NCBI GenBank assembly: GCA_963714085.1
Contig: OY970229.1
Location: 800,001-864,000, forward strand
Reading direction: 5' to 3'
DNA length: 64,000 nucleotides
Source of the DNA: an uncultured Candidatus Micrarchaeota archaeon
GTDB taxonomy: Archaea > Micrarchaeota > Micrarchaeia > Anstonellales > Bilamarchaeaceae
Each line of letters opens with the position of its first letter. The stretch's first letter is position 1. Shown in pieces: positions 10,197 through 19,846 of the stretch. The notes below the pieces were generated by a model. It was not told the origin of the DNA, searched no databases, and worked only from the letters and a program-made list of their open reading frames with translations. The position numbers and the translations under genes are program-made.

Positions 10197-10274
10197 TCAG
10201 CGGATAATAATAATGGGGATAATGCTGGATGCGGCGCGTATGGCAGTCTCGGATGTTTTTCGGTTGTTGTGCAT
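10197..10274 (-). CDS. Candidate 25-aa Ile-rich leader peptide MHNNRKTSETAIRAASSIIPIIIIR
   Basis: TATA (minus-strand TTTTTAAA 10309-10316), SD AGGTG (10282-10286), followed by overlapping hairpins. Confidence 0.5.
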   Translation of the reverse strand: MHNNRKTSETAIRAASSIIPIIIIR

Positions 10275-10332
10275 CCAGTTACACCTAAGACAACTTTGTT
10301 CGGATGAATTTAAAAACCTTAGGCCAAGAGGG

Positions 10333-12888
10333 TTACGGCTTCCAGAACCTCTTGTTTTTTATGAAATTCTTCTGCGCCTCTATGAGGTCGAGGTAGAAAC
10401 CCTGCTCGTCGCGGTGGAGCTTCCTGAGGACCCGGTCCGCGGTCGTGGCGCCCACGCCGTAGGTGCTGAGCGCGATGAGAGCCTTCTTCCCGTACGCCCG
10501 TATCAGGCCGGCCTTGAACCTCAGCTCCGCCTCGTCCTCGCCTTCCCTCTCGATCAGCGCGTACGCCTTCTCGCCGCATTTGTGGCAGGGGAGCTGGTCC
10601 GGGGCGCCTGCCAGGTGGAGATAGCGCGTAGCGCCGCAGTTCATGCACCCCAGCTGCAGAGTCTTTGAGAGCGCCCGCTCCCTGAAGGCCGCGACCATCT
10701 GCTCCCTGGGCTCGAAGCCGCCCATGGCCTCCCTGCTGGAGAGCCGGTCCAGGCCGAGCTTGGCGAAATGGCTCGGCTTCGCCCTCTTGTCTACCACCAG
10801 GAGTATCTCCTTCCTGGCTATCCTCCCGAGCACGTCCTCCGTCCTCTTGACGTCGAAGTACCTCGAGAACACCGAGCGTACGGCCTCGTCGTACACCGCG
10901 GAATAGCGCAGGGCGGATATGAACCTTCCGCTCACGGTCGCATCCTCGGAGAGCATGCCGAACAGCCTGCCCACGTGGATGAACCTCATCCTGAGCAGGT
11001 AGGATTCGGAGAGCGCCTCCTCCAGCGGGCCGCGCACGGATTTTATGGAGTCCCAGGCGCGCAGGATGTGCTCCTCGCCGAGCGGGAACGGGAGCTTCAC
11101 CATTATTCTGTAGGGGTCTGCAACTGCGCGCACGGATTCTCCGATTATCCTGGAGAGGTTCGCGGAGAACAGCCTCGCGAGGCCCTCGTTCACCCGGGTG
11201 CCGAAACAGGCATGGACTATGACGATGTCGGATACTATCTCCACGACCACGGTCTTATCGTCGGGCAGCGGCTTGACGTCCTTTTTCACTGAATTGCGGA
11301 GGGTGCCGACGCCCTGGGCGACCTCGAAGGAGACGGGTATGTCCTCGCCGGCCCATTCCGGTATCGCTATGTCGGAGGCGAAGCTGGGCTGCGCCAGGAC
11401 CTCCTTCTCGCTTATGTCTATGACCTGCCATGGCTGGCCCTTGGCGAGGAAGGACGCCCCAGGTTCCAGGTTAGCGACAAAGCCCTCGTCCAGGGATGCG
11501 ATGATGCTGTTCGAGGATATCTCCCTGAGGCTGTAGCGCTTCTCCTTGGGGATGGTGCTTAGGTTGGAATAGTAGTACTCGCGGGCCCTTGGCCTGATCC
11601 TTATGGATACGCCGCCGTCTGGACGCTCGTCGTAGTAGACCAGGCTCTCCCCGTAGAGCTGGAGCGCGACGCGGCGGAGCTGGTCGTATGAGATGCCGTA
11701 GGCGTAGCTCCTGGAGAGGATCTCATGGGCCTTTTTCAGCTCCAGCCTGCCCATATCCAGGCAAAGTCCGACGACCTGGTGGCCTATGACGTCCAACGCC
11801 CCGCGTTCGGCCTTCTTGTCCTCCATCCAGCCGTTCTCGGCTAAAGAGCGGATGACCTCTGCCTCGAGGTAATCGTCCATATCAGAGGCCAGGACTATGC
11901 CCTTGGGCGTCTTGTCCAGGGAATGGCCTGACCTGCCCACGCGCTGTATGAGCCTGAACACCTGGTGCGGCGAGCCGACCTGCACGACCAGCTCGACGTC
12001 CCCTATGTCTATGCCGAGCTCGAGCGAGGATGTGGCGAGCAGGGAGCGGACCGCGCCTGACTTGAACCCGTCCTCCGCGGCGAGCCTTATCTCCTTGGCA
12101 AGGGAGCCGTGGTGCACGTCTATCGGTGCTCTCGCCTTTTTCAGGGATGCGGAGAGCTCCTCTGCCATGCTCCTGGTGTTAACGAACATGAGCGCCCTGT
12201 GCTTCTCGGACAGCTCCTTCATCCTGGCCGTGAGCTTCTCCATGTCGCCGGCCATCTCGACCGAGACATCCATCTTGCGGTTCTTGCCCACCTCGCAGAC
12301 CGCGTGCATCCTGTCCCCGAACAGCAGGCGGCTGGCCTCCATCTCGTTGGCCACTGTCGCGCTTATGCCTATGCGCTGGAAATCCGCTATGAGCCCGAGC
12401 CGTTCGAGCCCCATGGAGAGCTGCGAACCACGCTTGTTGTCGAGGACGTCGTGCACCTCGTCCACGATGACGAACTTCACGTTGGCCAGGTGCCTGCGCA
12501 TCACCCTGCCCAGGAGCAGCGCCTGGAGGGATTCCACGGTGGTAAGCAGGATTTTAGGCGGGTCCTTCCTGTGTGCCGCTCTTTCGGCAAGCGTCGTATC
12601 CCCGGTGCGTACGTCGTGGGAGATATCGAGCCGCTCGCACCACCAGTGGAAACGCTTTAGCAGGTCCCTGGACAGTGCTCTCAGAGGGGTGATGTATAGC
12701 GCGCAGATGCCGGATTTCTCATCCCGTATCTTCTCTAGGACTGGCAGCAGGGCCGTCTCGGTCTTCCCGCTGCCGGTTGGCGCCAGGATGAGCACGTTCT
12801 CTCCGGCAAGGACCCTGGGCATGGCGAGTTTCTGGATCTCGGTAAGCTCGCCGAACCTTTCCCTGACGAGGCCGGCTACGTCTGGCAT
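10333..12888 (-). CDS. lhr: Lhr-family SF2 DEAD/H helicase
   Basis: APTGSGKT, YITPLRAL, DEVH, HHGSL, SLELGIDIG, QRVGRSGH, C-terminal CxxC pairs. Confidence 0.93.
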   Translation of the reverse strand: MPDVAGLVRERFGELTEIQKLAMPRVLAGENVLILAPTGSGKTETALLPVLEKIRDEKSGICALYITPLRALSRDLLKRFHWWCERLDISHDVRTGDTTLAERAAHRKDPPKILLTTVESLQALLLGRVMRRHLANVKFVIVDEVHDVLDNKRGSQLSMGLERLGLIADFQRIGISATVANEMEASRLLFGDRMHAVCEVGKNRKMDVSVEMAGDMEKLTARMKELSEKHRALMFVNTRSMAEELSASLKKARAPIDVHHGSLAKEIRLAAEDGFKSGAVRSLLATSSLELGIDIGDVELVVQVGSPHQVFRLIQRVGRSGHSLDKTPKGIVLASDMDDYLEAEVIRSLAENGWMEDKKAERGALDVIGHQVVGLCLDMGRLELKKAHEILSRSYAYGISYDQLRRVALQLYGESLVYYDERPDGGVSIRIRPRAREYYYSNLSTIPKEKRYSLREISSNSIIASLDEGFVANLEPGASFLAKGQPWQVIDISEKEVLAQPSFASDIAIPEWAGEDIPVSFEVAQGVGTLRNSVKKDVKPLPDDKTVVVEIVSDIVIVHACFGTRVNEGLARLFSANLSRIIGESVRAVADPYRIMVKLPFPLGEEHILRAWDSIKSVRGPLEEALSESYLLRMRFIHVGRLFGMLSEDATVSGRFISALRYSAVYDEAVRSVFSRYFDVKRTEDVLGRIARKEILLVVDKRAKPSHFAKLGLDRLSSREAMGGFEPREQMVAAFRERALSKTLQLGCMNCGATRYLHLAGAPDQLPCHKCGEKAYALIEREGEDEAELRFKAGLIRAYGKKALIALSTYGVGATTADRVLRKLHRDEQGFYLDLIEAQKNFIKNKRFWKP

Positions 12889-12938
12889 AGGTATCTGTAA
12901 TGGTTAGAATGGCATAAATAGAAGCTGGAAGCGCCGGA

Positions 12939-13277
12939 TCACATGGACATGATGCAGACGCCGTGTTCGGGCTCCGTGACAGAGGGCCTGCGCTCTTCTT
13001 CCCGGGGCTCGTCTTCGTAATCGCGTATGTCCAGCTGCGGACGAGAAGCGGGCCTTTTTTCGTGCCTCTTTCGTATTTTTTCTATGTCCGAATCCGGAAC
13101 GTCGAAACCGGAGATGTCGTCTGTAACCGGATCGAACGGGAACTTGGATTTCGGGGTGTCGCATCGCATCGTTCCTGGTTTGTTCGATGCCTGCCTGGAA
13201 CCGAATGCACCATTGGCCGGGTCGGCCGCAACGCATTTCATCCCACCTCGCTGGAGTCGCGACAGTTGGAAGGTCAT
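12939..13277 (-). CDS. Hypothetical protein (112 aa)
   Basis: ORF with upstream TATA-like tract; no motif. Confidence 0.5.
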   Translation of the reverse strand: MTFQLSRLQRGGMKCVAADPANGAFGSRQASNKPGTMRCDTPKSKFPFDPVTDDISGFDVPDSDIEKIRKRHEKRPASRPQLDIRDYEDEPREEERRPSVTEPEHGVCIMSM

Positions 13278-13355
13278 GTATATATTACGCAGCCACTATT
13301 TTTAAATATATGTAACACCACTGTTTTTTAAAAAGGGCGCTGGTAAATAGTGCCC

Positions 13356-14252
13356 ATGGACGAGAAGGAATTGGAAAACTTCAGGCAGGCTGGCAGGATC
13401 TCATCCAAGGTACGCGAGGCCAGCAAATCGCTGATAATGGTCGACGCCTCGCTCCTGGACATCGCCGAGACTACGGAGCAGATGATAGTGGAGGAGGGCG
13501 CGAAGCCGGCATTCCCTGTGAATATTTCCATAAACGAGATAGCGGCCCACTACACGCCGGGCCTGGGCTCCACCGAGATGCTCGGCGAGAAGGACCTGGT
13601 GAAGATAGACATAGGCGTGGAGTTCGAGGGCGCGATCGGCGACACGGCTTACACCATAGACCTCGGAGGGGAGAACGGCGACCTCGTGAAGGCCTCGGAA
13701 GAGGCGCTTGACGAGGCGGTTAAAATCATGAAGCCTGGCGTGACGGTCGGCAGCATAGGCGGCGTGATAGAGGATTCCATAAAGAAGTACGGCTACAAGC
13801 CCATAGCGAACCTAACCGGCCACATGATAAAATCGAACGACCTCCACGCGGGGGTCGAGATACCGAACGTGAAGAGCGACGACCCTTTCGAGCTCATGGA
13901 AGGCGACGTGTTCGCGGTGGAGCCGTTCGCGACCACCGGCGGCGGCTACGTGGCAGACCTGAACCAGGTGGAGATATACTCGCTCTTCGCCCCGGCGAAG
14001 ATAAGGATGCAGCAGTCCAGGAAGATCGTGGAGTACGCGCTCACCAACTTCGGCATGCTGCCTTTCGCGGAGCGGTGGGTGATGAAGGAGTTCCAGTCCA
14101 AGGTCATGGTGAGCATGGGGCTGAAAGAGCTTCTCAAGAACCATTTCATAAGGGCCTATCCCGTGCTGCGCGAATCGGACGGCGGCATGGTGGCCCAGAC
14201 AGAGCACACGATCTACATAAACGCGGACGGCGTGGAAGTCCTCACGAAATGA
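13356..14252 (+). CDS. map: Methionine aminopeptidase type II
   Basis: AFPVNISINEIAAHYTP, KIDIG, GDTAYT, NLTGH, AVEPFAT, AQTEHT. Confidence 0.96.
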   Translation: MDEKELENFRQAGRISSKVREASKSLIMVDASLLDIAETTEQMIVEEGAKPAFPVNISINEIAAHYTPGLGSTEMLGEKDLVKIDIGVEFEGAIGDTAYTIDLGGENGDLVKASEEALDEAVKIMKPGVTVGSIGGVIEDSIKKYGYKPIANLTGHMIKSNDLHAGVEIPNVKSDDPFELMEGDVFAVEPFATTGGGYVADLNQVEIYSLFAPAKIRMQQSRKIVEYALTNFGMLPFAERWVMKEFQSKVMVSMGLKELLKNHFIRAYPVLRESDGGMVAQTEHTIYINADGVEVLTK

Positions 14253-14322
14253 GGATGGAAACGTGGAAACCATTGCCTGAGGCTAGAGAAACCCTTTTTA
14301 ACTTTTTCCTCGGAATCACCTC

Positions 14323-14979
14323 ATGACCAGTCCCAACAGAATCTTCCGGACCAAGAGTCTGGAATTTGAGAGAGAAAACGAGAAACCCGTGCACAGGCCC
14401 GAATTCAAGGCTGAAAGCCACGAACTGCATGACCGGAACCTGGAGTTCTCAACGCTGTCCGAAGGCGGGGACCACCTGGCATGCTCGGCCAGGACGCACC
14501 AGTCCCTGAGGATGCTGGGCTACGACAATACCCGCATAAGGGACACGCTCCACACCGTGGACGTGCTCAAGAACCTCGCCGAGAGGCCGGTGGACACCGT
14601 CGTGTTCGCGAGCGTCCGCGAGAGGAACAGCCTAGGCCTCGGTGCGATGGCGTCCATAGCCGCGATATGCAATCTCAAGGCCGCGGACGCGGGAGTCACG
14701 CTGCGCAGCGCCGCGAGGTTCTATGCCAGGCGCAAGAGCCACGTCGACGTGGACGACCTCGAGCGCTTCGTGAAGTGGATGGTCGACAAGGGGAACAAGG
14801 GCGAGCCGATAACCGGGATGCCGTCCGAATGGGAGCAGTACTGCAGACTGACCGGAAGGCAGGTCGTGAAAAGGAGGTACCGCGGCTTCAGTAGCGCTGC
14901 GAGGAGGTCCAGGAGCGCCCCGGGCAGGAGATATCCTGGATTCAAGGCCTCGAAAGGCAGGTTCCTCAGAAGCCACTGA
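14323..14979 (+). CDS. Hypothetical protein with Arg-rich C-terminus
   Basis: ORF with host-like codon usage. Confidence 0.65.
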   Translation: MTSPNRIFRTKSLEFERENEKPVHRPEFKAESHELHDRNLEFSTLSEGGDHLACSARTHQSLRMLGYDNTRIRDTLHTVDVLKNLAERPVDTVVFASVRERNSLGLGAMASIAAICNLKAADAGVTLRSAARFYARRKSHVDVDDLERFVKWMVDKGNKGEPITGMPSEWEQYCRLTGRQVVKRRYRGFSSAARRSRSAPGRRYPGFKASKGRFLRSH

Positions 14980-15091
14980 GGCGTTTCTTTTTCCATTCCT
15001 CATTTTCCAGTCTCTCACTGCTCGGCATGAGCGCCCCTTTTTGTGACAACGAAATGCATAATAATTGGAACACAGCAAGAATAAACGAAAC

Positions 15092-15191
15092 GAGCTCGTA
15101 ACTCAACTTGGATAGAGTGCCAGGCTTCGAATGCACTCTCCTGATGGCAGGAGTGACCTGGAAGTTGCGGGTTCAAATCCCGTCGGGCTCG
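15092..15191 (+). tRNA. tRNA-Arg(TCG) with 25-nt intron (15131-15155) at position 37/38
   Basis: Acceptor GAGCTCG/CGGGCTC, anticodon stem CCAGG/CCTGG, TCG at 15127-15129, T-arm GCGGG TTCAAAT CCCGT; bulge-helix-bulge CTTC/GGAG with GAA and TGA bulges. Confidence 0.95.
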
Positions 15192-15195
15192 GTTC

Positions 15196-15849
15196 CTATT
15201 CCTTCTTCGCTTTGCCTGTCAGCTTCTTCCAGAACTTGGTGGCGTTGTTTATACCCCTTGCGTAGAACGGCGCCGGCACCCCGACGATTTTAGATTTCCT
15301 GAGCGCCTTTAGCAGCGCCTTCGGACTTCCGATGTCGAAATCCGGGACCTCGGTGTAGGTGCGCCCGAACTCCCAGAGCGTGTGCGAATCCGAGCCGGCC
15401 GCCATGGGCTTCCTGTTCCTCACCGCGAACTCCCGCGCCTTCTCATTGAAGCTCGCTATGAGGCAGTGCGCATTGAAGACCTCTATTATGTCGGCTTTCG
15501 CGGCGTCGGGATGACCTCCCGTCCCGTGCCTCGAGGTGTCGAACATGTGCGGCAGATATACGAGGCCGCCCTGGCCGTGTATCAGGTCGATGGTTTCCGC
15601 CATCGGGGTCTTCCTGGGGATGAGCTCGTTCAGATAAAGCCCGATCACGTCTCCTGCATCGGTGCTCACCTCCTCGCCTGGGATGAACCTGGCCCTCAGC
15701 TTCCTGAACTCCCTATGGCCCTCTATGGTGTCGTGGTCCGTGCAGGCGAAGACCATCCCGAGTTTGTTCGCTTTCTCGGCGATGCCTTTAGGGTCGGTCA
15801 GTGTGTCTATGGAATATCTGGAATGCACGTGGAAATCCACCTTCATCAT
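15196..15849 (-). CDS. PHP-family metal-dependent phosphoesterase
   Basis: DFHVHS, TDHD, GEEV, PHMF, AGSDSH. Confidence 0.9.
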   Translation of the reverse strand: MMKVDFHVHSRYSIDTLTDPKGIAEKANKLGMVFACTDHDTIEGHREFRKLRARFIPGEEVSTDAGDVIGLYLNELIPRKTPMAETIDLIHGQGGLVYLPHMFDTSRHGTGGHPDAAKADIIEVFNAHCLIASFNEKAREFAVRNRKPMAAGSDSHTLWEFGRTYTEVPDFDIGSPKALLKALRKSKIVGVPAPFYARGINNATKFWKKLTGKAKKE

Positions 15850-16127
15850 ATGAACGCGCCTCCTTTCTCCAGCGCGGCGAAGAGCTTCTTTCCGAGCGCC
15901 TCGGCCTCGTCTTTCGTCACGCCCTTGAGCATCATCCTCCCGGATGCGTAGAGGCTGGCCGAGCAGTCCTCGCGCTTGAGCACGAGCACGACCGGGGTCT
16001 TGGCCAGCACCTCGCCCAGCCGCGAGAGCGCCTTCTCCGCCTTGTCAAGGTCTATCCTCGCGTTCCTCTTGGACCTGACCTCGAACGCATTGGACGTCGC
16101 ACAGGGCTCCACGGTGTAGAATTCCAT
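15846..16127 (-). CDS. Small protein resembling the C-terminal accessory domain of some MoeB/ThiF enzymes
   Basis: Translationally coupled to ThiF gene; IDLDK...SLYASGRMMLKG pattern. Confidence 0.55.
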   Translation of the reverse strand: MEFYTVEPCATSNAFEVRSKRNARIDLDKAEKALSRLGEVLAKTPVVLVLKREDCSASLYASGRMMLKGVTKDEAEALGKKLFAALEKGGAFI

Positions 16128-16810
16128 CAGCCAAGCCTCGCTTTCCAGGATAACCTTCTGTCGAAGATATCAAAAAACAGCGCATCTGGGGCGCGGACGA
16201 CGCTGTTGCCGATCACGAGGTTGAGCGCCTGGACTGCGGCGAGCGAGCCGGCGAGCGCGGCCGCGGGGCAGACCACCGATGCGCAGGATTTCAAGGCTTT
16301 TTTCCCCGCGCCTGCCTGGAACGCCTTCCTGAACGGATAGTTGGTAAAGACGCTCACCATGCCGCGGGTTCCCTGAGCCGAGCAGAAGATGTATGGGATC
16401 TTCTCCTTGCGGCAGGATTCGGCGATGAGGAGCTTCGTGGCGAAATTGTCCGTGCAGTCCAGAACCGCGGCGCAACCGGACAGTGACGCTCCGCTCCGTG
16501 GGCCGAAGCGGCCGTGCTTCCTTATCTTTATCCCCTTGTTTATGGAGCGCGCCCTCAGGATTGCGGCATCGGCCTTCCTCGTGTCTAATGACGCGTCGGT
16601 CGCGAGCAGCTGCCTGTTGAAGTTGGTCAGCTCGAATCGGTCGTGGTCGAAGACTACGAGCCGCTCTGCGCCGAGGCGCGAGAGGCATTCCAGCGCGAAG
16701 CCTCCGGTGCCGCCTAGGCCGGCGATGCATAAGACCGAGCGCCGCAGCTTCTCCTGCTGCCCGGCGCTGAGGGTCTGCAGATTCCTGGAGAATTTTTCTT
16801 CGTATAGCAT
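16127..16810 (-). CDS. ThiF/MoeB/HesA-family E1-like adenylyltransferase
   Basis: FSRN, GLGGTG, DHDRFELTNFNRQ, LDCTDN; start reassigned to ATG 16810. Confidence 0.9.
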   Translation of the reverse strand: MLYEEKFSRNLQTLSAGQQEKLRRSVLCIAGLGGTGGFALECLSRLGAERLVVFDHDRFELTNFNRQLLATDASLDTRKADAAILRARSINKGIKIRKHGRFGPRSGASLSGCAAVLDCTDNFATKLLIAESCRKEKIPYIFCSAQGTRGMVSVFTNYPFRKAFQAGAGKKALKSCASVVCPAAALAGSLAAVQALNLVIGNSVVRAPDALFFDIFDRRLSWKARLG

Positions 16811-17214
16811 CAGATTTCGCCGATTTTGTTGCCAAGTGACTGGAGGAACCTGGGCTTCTTCTTGTCCTCGTGGCGGAGTCCGTGGAGCGCCGTGAGGTTC
16901 CGGAGTATGGATAGCCGGTTCATGATCTGCTGGTCCACGGTCCTCTCCCTGTATGCGGCGATGGAATAGACCAGGGAGAGGAATATGGAGACCCCTATGA
17001 GGATTATGAATATGGTGAATATCCTGCTGATGTCGTTGGTCGGATAGAAGTCCCCGTAGCCCACGGTGCTGAGGGTCGTGGTGATGAAGTAGATACAGTC
17101 CAGATAAGACCAGCCCTCGACCTTGTGATAGAAGATAGTGCCTATAACATACAGTATCGCGATGAGCGCTATGGAGATGTAGAGGTTCTTTACTATGTCG
17201 CGGAGGTCTGGCAT
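16810..17214 (-). CDS. 2-TM potassium channel subunit (KcsA-like, no RCK domain)
   Basis: Selectivity filter TTLSTVGYGDFYP between two hydrophobic helices; start ATG 17214. Confidence 0.92.
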   Translation of the reverse strand: MPDLRDIVKNLYISIALIAILYVIGTIFYHKVEGWSYLDCIYFITTTLSTVGYGDFYPTNDISRIFTIFIILIGVSIFLSLVYSIAAYRERTVDQQIMNRLSILRNLTALHGLRHEDKKKPRFLQSLGNKIGEI

Positions 17215-17268
17215 ATTCGGAGTTAGATTCGGAAAACAATATAAACATTGCACAGCTACTTGTGGTAT

Positions 17269-18516
17269 ATGACCATCCATCTTGACTGCTACGGCGCGTC
17301 TGGGGAAGTTGGCCGGAGCGCGTTCCTCCTGCACACCGACAAGAAGATCCTCCTGGATTACGGAGTGAAGATATTCGACAAGAGCGGCCAGCCCCAGTTC
17401 CCGACGATGGACGTGGATCCGGACTTCGCGGTGATATCCCACGCGCACCTGGACCACAGCGGATTCGTGCCCGCGCTCTACCGCGGGAGCAGGCGGCTGC
17501 GCTGGTATGCGACCCCGCCTACGGTGGAGTTCTGCGAGCTGCTCTGGGCCGACTCCATGAAGATCATGGGGCCCCAGCTCCCCTATCAGGAGACCCAGTT
17601 CAAGAAGGCGCTCAAGGACTGGAACCCGATGATGTACGGACAGACGCTGCACACCGGGGACACCAAGATAACCATGAGCGACGCGGGCCACATATCCGGA
17701 GCCGCGATACTGAATATAGAGCACAGGGGCAAGACCATCTGCTATACCGGCGACCTGAAGATGGAGGAGACCTGCCTGCACCGCGGCGCCAAAGCGGTGG
17801 AGGACGTGGACACGCTGATAATCGAATGCACCTACGCGTTCCGGGACCACCCGCCCAGGGCCGAGGTGGAAAGGCAGGTAATGGACGAGGTGAGGGAGAC
17901 CGTGAAGGAGGGCGGCACCGTGCTGTTCCCGGCGTTCTCCCTGGGCAGGACCCAGGAGCTCTTCTCCCTCATACGGGAGCGCGAGCCGAGGGTGCCGATA
18001 TACGTGGACGGCATGGGCAGGAAGATAACCAACATCTACATGAAGCACCCGAAGTACCTGAAGAACCCCAACTCCTTCAAGAAAGCGGTCAGGAGCGTGA
18101 CCATGGTGCAGGGTCCGAACGACAAACGCGAGGCGGCCCAGACGCCCGGCGTGATAATCTCATCCGCTGGCATGCTCTCCGGAGGCCCGGTGCTCAGCTA
18201 CCTCTTCAACGTCAACCAGGACTCGAGAGTGGTGTTCACCGGCTATTGCATAGACGGCACCAACGGCTTCAAGCTCCAGAAGGACGGCTACATCACCGTG
18301 GACGAGCGCGACCTCGAGGTGGACCTGCCGGTGGAGTATTTCGACCTTTCCGCGCACGCGGGCAGGGCCGACCTGCTGAACTTCATAAAATGGGCGAACC
18401 CGGGCCGCATAGTGCTCGTGCACGGGGACGAATCCGAGAGGTTCGCCACCGAGCTGCGGGACGACTTCGGCTACGATGCGGTCGCCCCGAAGATCGGCGA
18501 GAGGCTCGACCTATAA
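17269..18516 (+). CDS. Beta-CASP metallo-beta-lactamase ribonuclease (aCPSF-like)
   Basis: GASGEVGRS, SHAHLDHSG, AGHISGA, YTGD, IECTY, LSAHAG, LVHGD. Confidence 0.92.
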   Translation: MTIHLDCYGASGEVGRSAFLLHTDKKILLDYGVKIFDKSGQPQFPTMDVDPDFAVISHAHLDHSGFVPALYRGSRRLRWYATPPTVEFCELLWADSMKIMGPQLPYQETQFKKALKDWNPMMYGQTLHTGDTKITMSDAGHISGAAILNIEHRGKTICYTGDLKMEETCLHRGAKAVEDVDTLIIECTYAFRDHPPRAEVERQVMDEVRETVKEGGTVLFPAFSLGRTQELFSLIREREPRVPIYVDGMGRKITNIYMKHPKYLKNPNSFKKAVRSVTMVQGPNDKREAAQTPGVIISSAGMLSGGPVLSYLFNVNQDSRVVFTGYCIDGTNGFKLQKDGYITVDERDLEVDLPVEYFDLSAHAGRADLLNFIKWANPGRIVLVHGDESERFATELRDDFGYDAVAPKIGERLDL

Positions 18517-19809
18517 GTTCCTTGGCAGCTTCGTGACAGAGAGCGGGTAGGATAGGTGCGATTTCCCGCGTAGCGAGGAGAAGAACGCTTCGACCGACTG
18601 CTCCGGAGTCCGTATCGTGCGCCTGATGAGCGCGAATATCCTGCCTTTCCTTTTCGCGAATTTCGCGTGCTTGTGATGCCTCATGAAGTTGAGCGTGGGC
18701 TCCAGCATGGATATCGGCGGGCCCTCGACCATCATGGAGGGCGGGAGCAGCTCGGCGTCCACCCTGAACGCGATGCGGGCCAGTCCTGCGGAATCGTCCG
18801 CTTCCATCCCGAAGCCGGGCAGGCTGGATTTGAAACCGTCCTCGAGGAGCTTGGCGGACATCTGCTTCATTGTCTTCTTGAGCTGGCCCCAGAGCACATC
18901 GTCCACGACGTCGGGTTTCATCAGCGTGACCACGTAGGCGTGGCCTTTGCTGGCGAGGGCGGCCGCCTTATCCGCGAAGGAGGGCGGCTTCCTGAAGAAG
19001 AAATCCGCGGACGGCCTCTTCCTGAAAAGCTTGGCCAGATGCATGAAGCGCGCGACGTTCTCCGCCGAGACCGCCGCTGCCACGTTCCTGTTCGCGTCGG
19101 TCGGGTCTATGACGAGGAATGACGAGCCGAAACGCTCGGGCAGCGCCTGTCTCTCCTTTCTGCCTGCCTTGAGGTAGTGCTTCTTAAGGTCGATGAGCAG
19201 CGGGAGCTTCCAGCCCGATGCGGCGGAGAGCAGCTTCGCGAACGACCCGTATTGCAGCACGAGCAGCTCGCAGAGGTAGCCGGAGAAGCCCTCGACCTTT
19301 ATCTCCGCTCCGTAGAGTCCGTTCGCTTTCAGGAACTGCTTGAGGAGGAGCACCTCGTCCTTCTGCTTGCCGCTCATCTCGTCAAGGACGTACCGCGTAT
19401 GCAGGACGGAACGGTCCACCGCGCTCAGCCGCTCCTGCGCCCCGGCTATGGCGTACGCCGGCACGAGGTCGATGCGCCTGCCCTCGAAATGGAACCTCGC
19501 ATAGGGGTGCTCGGCATAGCTCAGCCTGTAGCCCAGGCCCGGAAAAGCCCTCTTCACGATGGATTCTATAGCCGGCTCTAATCCGGACTTCGGATAGGTG
19601 CGGGGGAAAAGCACGAAGACGTCTATGTCCCTGGAATCGCGCAGGAACGTGCCTTTGGCGACCGAGCCTGTGAGCACCACCCTGCAGCCCTTGGGCCGCA
19701 CGGACGCGACCTTCCGCATCAGGCGCCTGGCGACCAGCAGCTCCGCCTCGCGCTCCTTGCGGGAGGGCCGTATCCTTGCGAGTATATCTCTGAACAAACG
19801 GGAAGACAT
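18511..19809 (-). CDS. cca: CCA-adding enzyme (class I, archaeal)
   Basis: GSVAKGTFL..DIDVF, YAEHPY, SAVDRS, GFSGYLCELL, DPTDANRNVAAA. Confidence 0.96.
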   Translation of the reverse strand: MSSRLFRDILARIRPSRKEREAELLVARRLMRKVASVRPKGCRVVLTGSVAKGTFLRDSRDIDVFVLFPRTYPKSGLEPAIESIVKRAFPGLGYRLSYAEHPYARFHFEGRRIDLVPAYAIAGAQERLSAVDRSVLHTRYVLDEMSGKQKDEVLLLKQFLKANGLYGAEIKVEGFSGYLCELLVLQYGSFAKLLSAASGWKLPLLIDLKKHYLKAGRKERQALPERFGSSFLVIDPTDANRNVAAAVSAENVARFMHLAKLFRKRPSADFFFRKPPSFADKAAALASKGHAYVVTLMKPDVVDDVLWGQLKKTMKQMSAKLLEDGFKSSLPGFGMEADDSAGLARIAFRVDAELLPPSMMVEGPPISMLEPTLNFMRHHKHAKFAKRKGRIFALIRRTIRTPEQSVEAFFSSLRGKSHLSYPLSVTKLPRNL

Positions 19810-19846
19810 GGTAAAGGATTTAAACGTAATCTAATAAAGGCTTCCC

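Noticed and set aside
14248..14285. Second C/D-like motif ATGAGGA...CTGA after map
   Set aside because: Only one imperfect box pair, overlapping a stop codon; no recognisable guide
16127..18048. Long ORF-track calls 16127..17248 and 16810..18048
   Set aside because: Over-extended 5' ends; motif-bearing proteins start at 16810 (ThiF) and 17214 (K+ channel)
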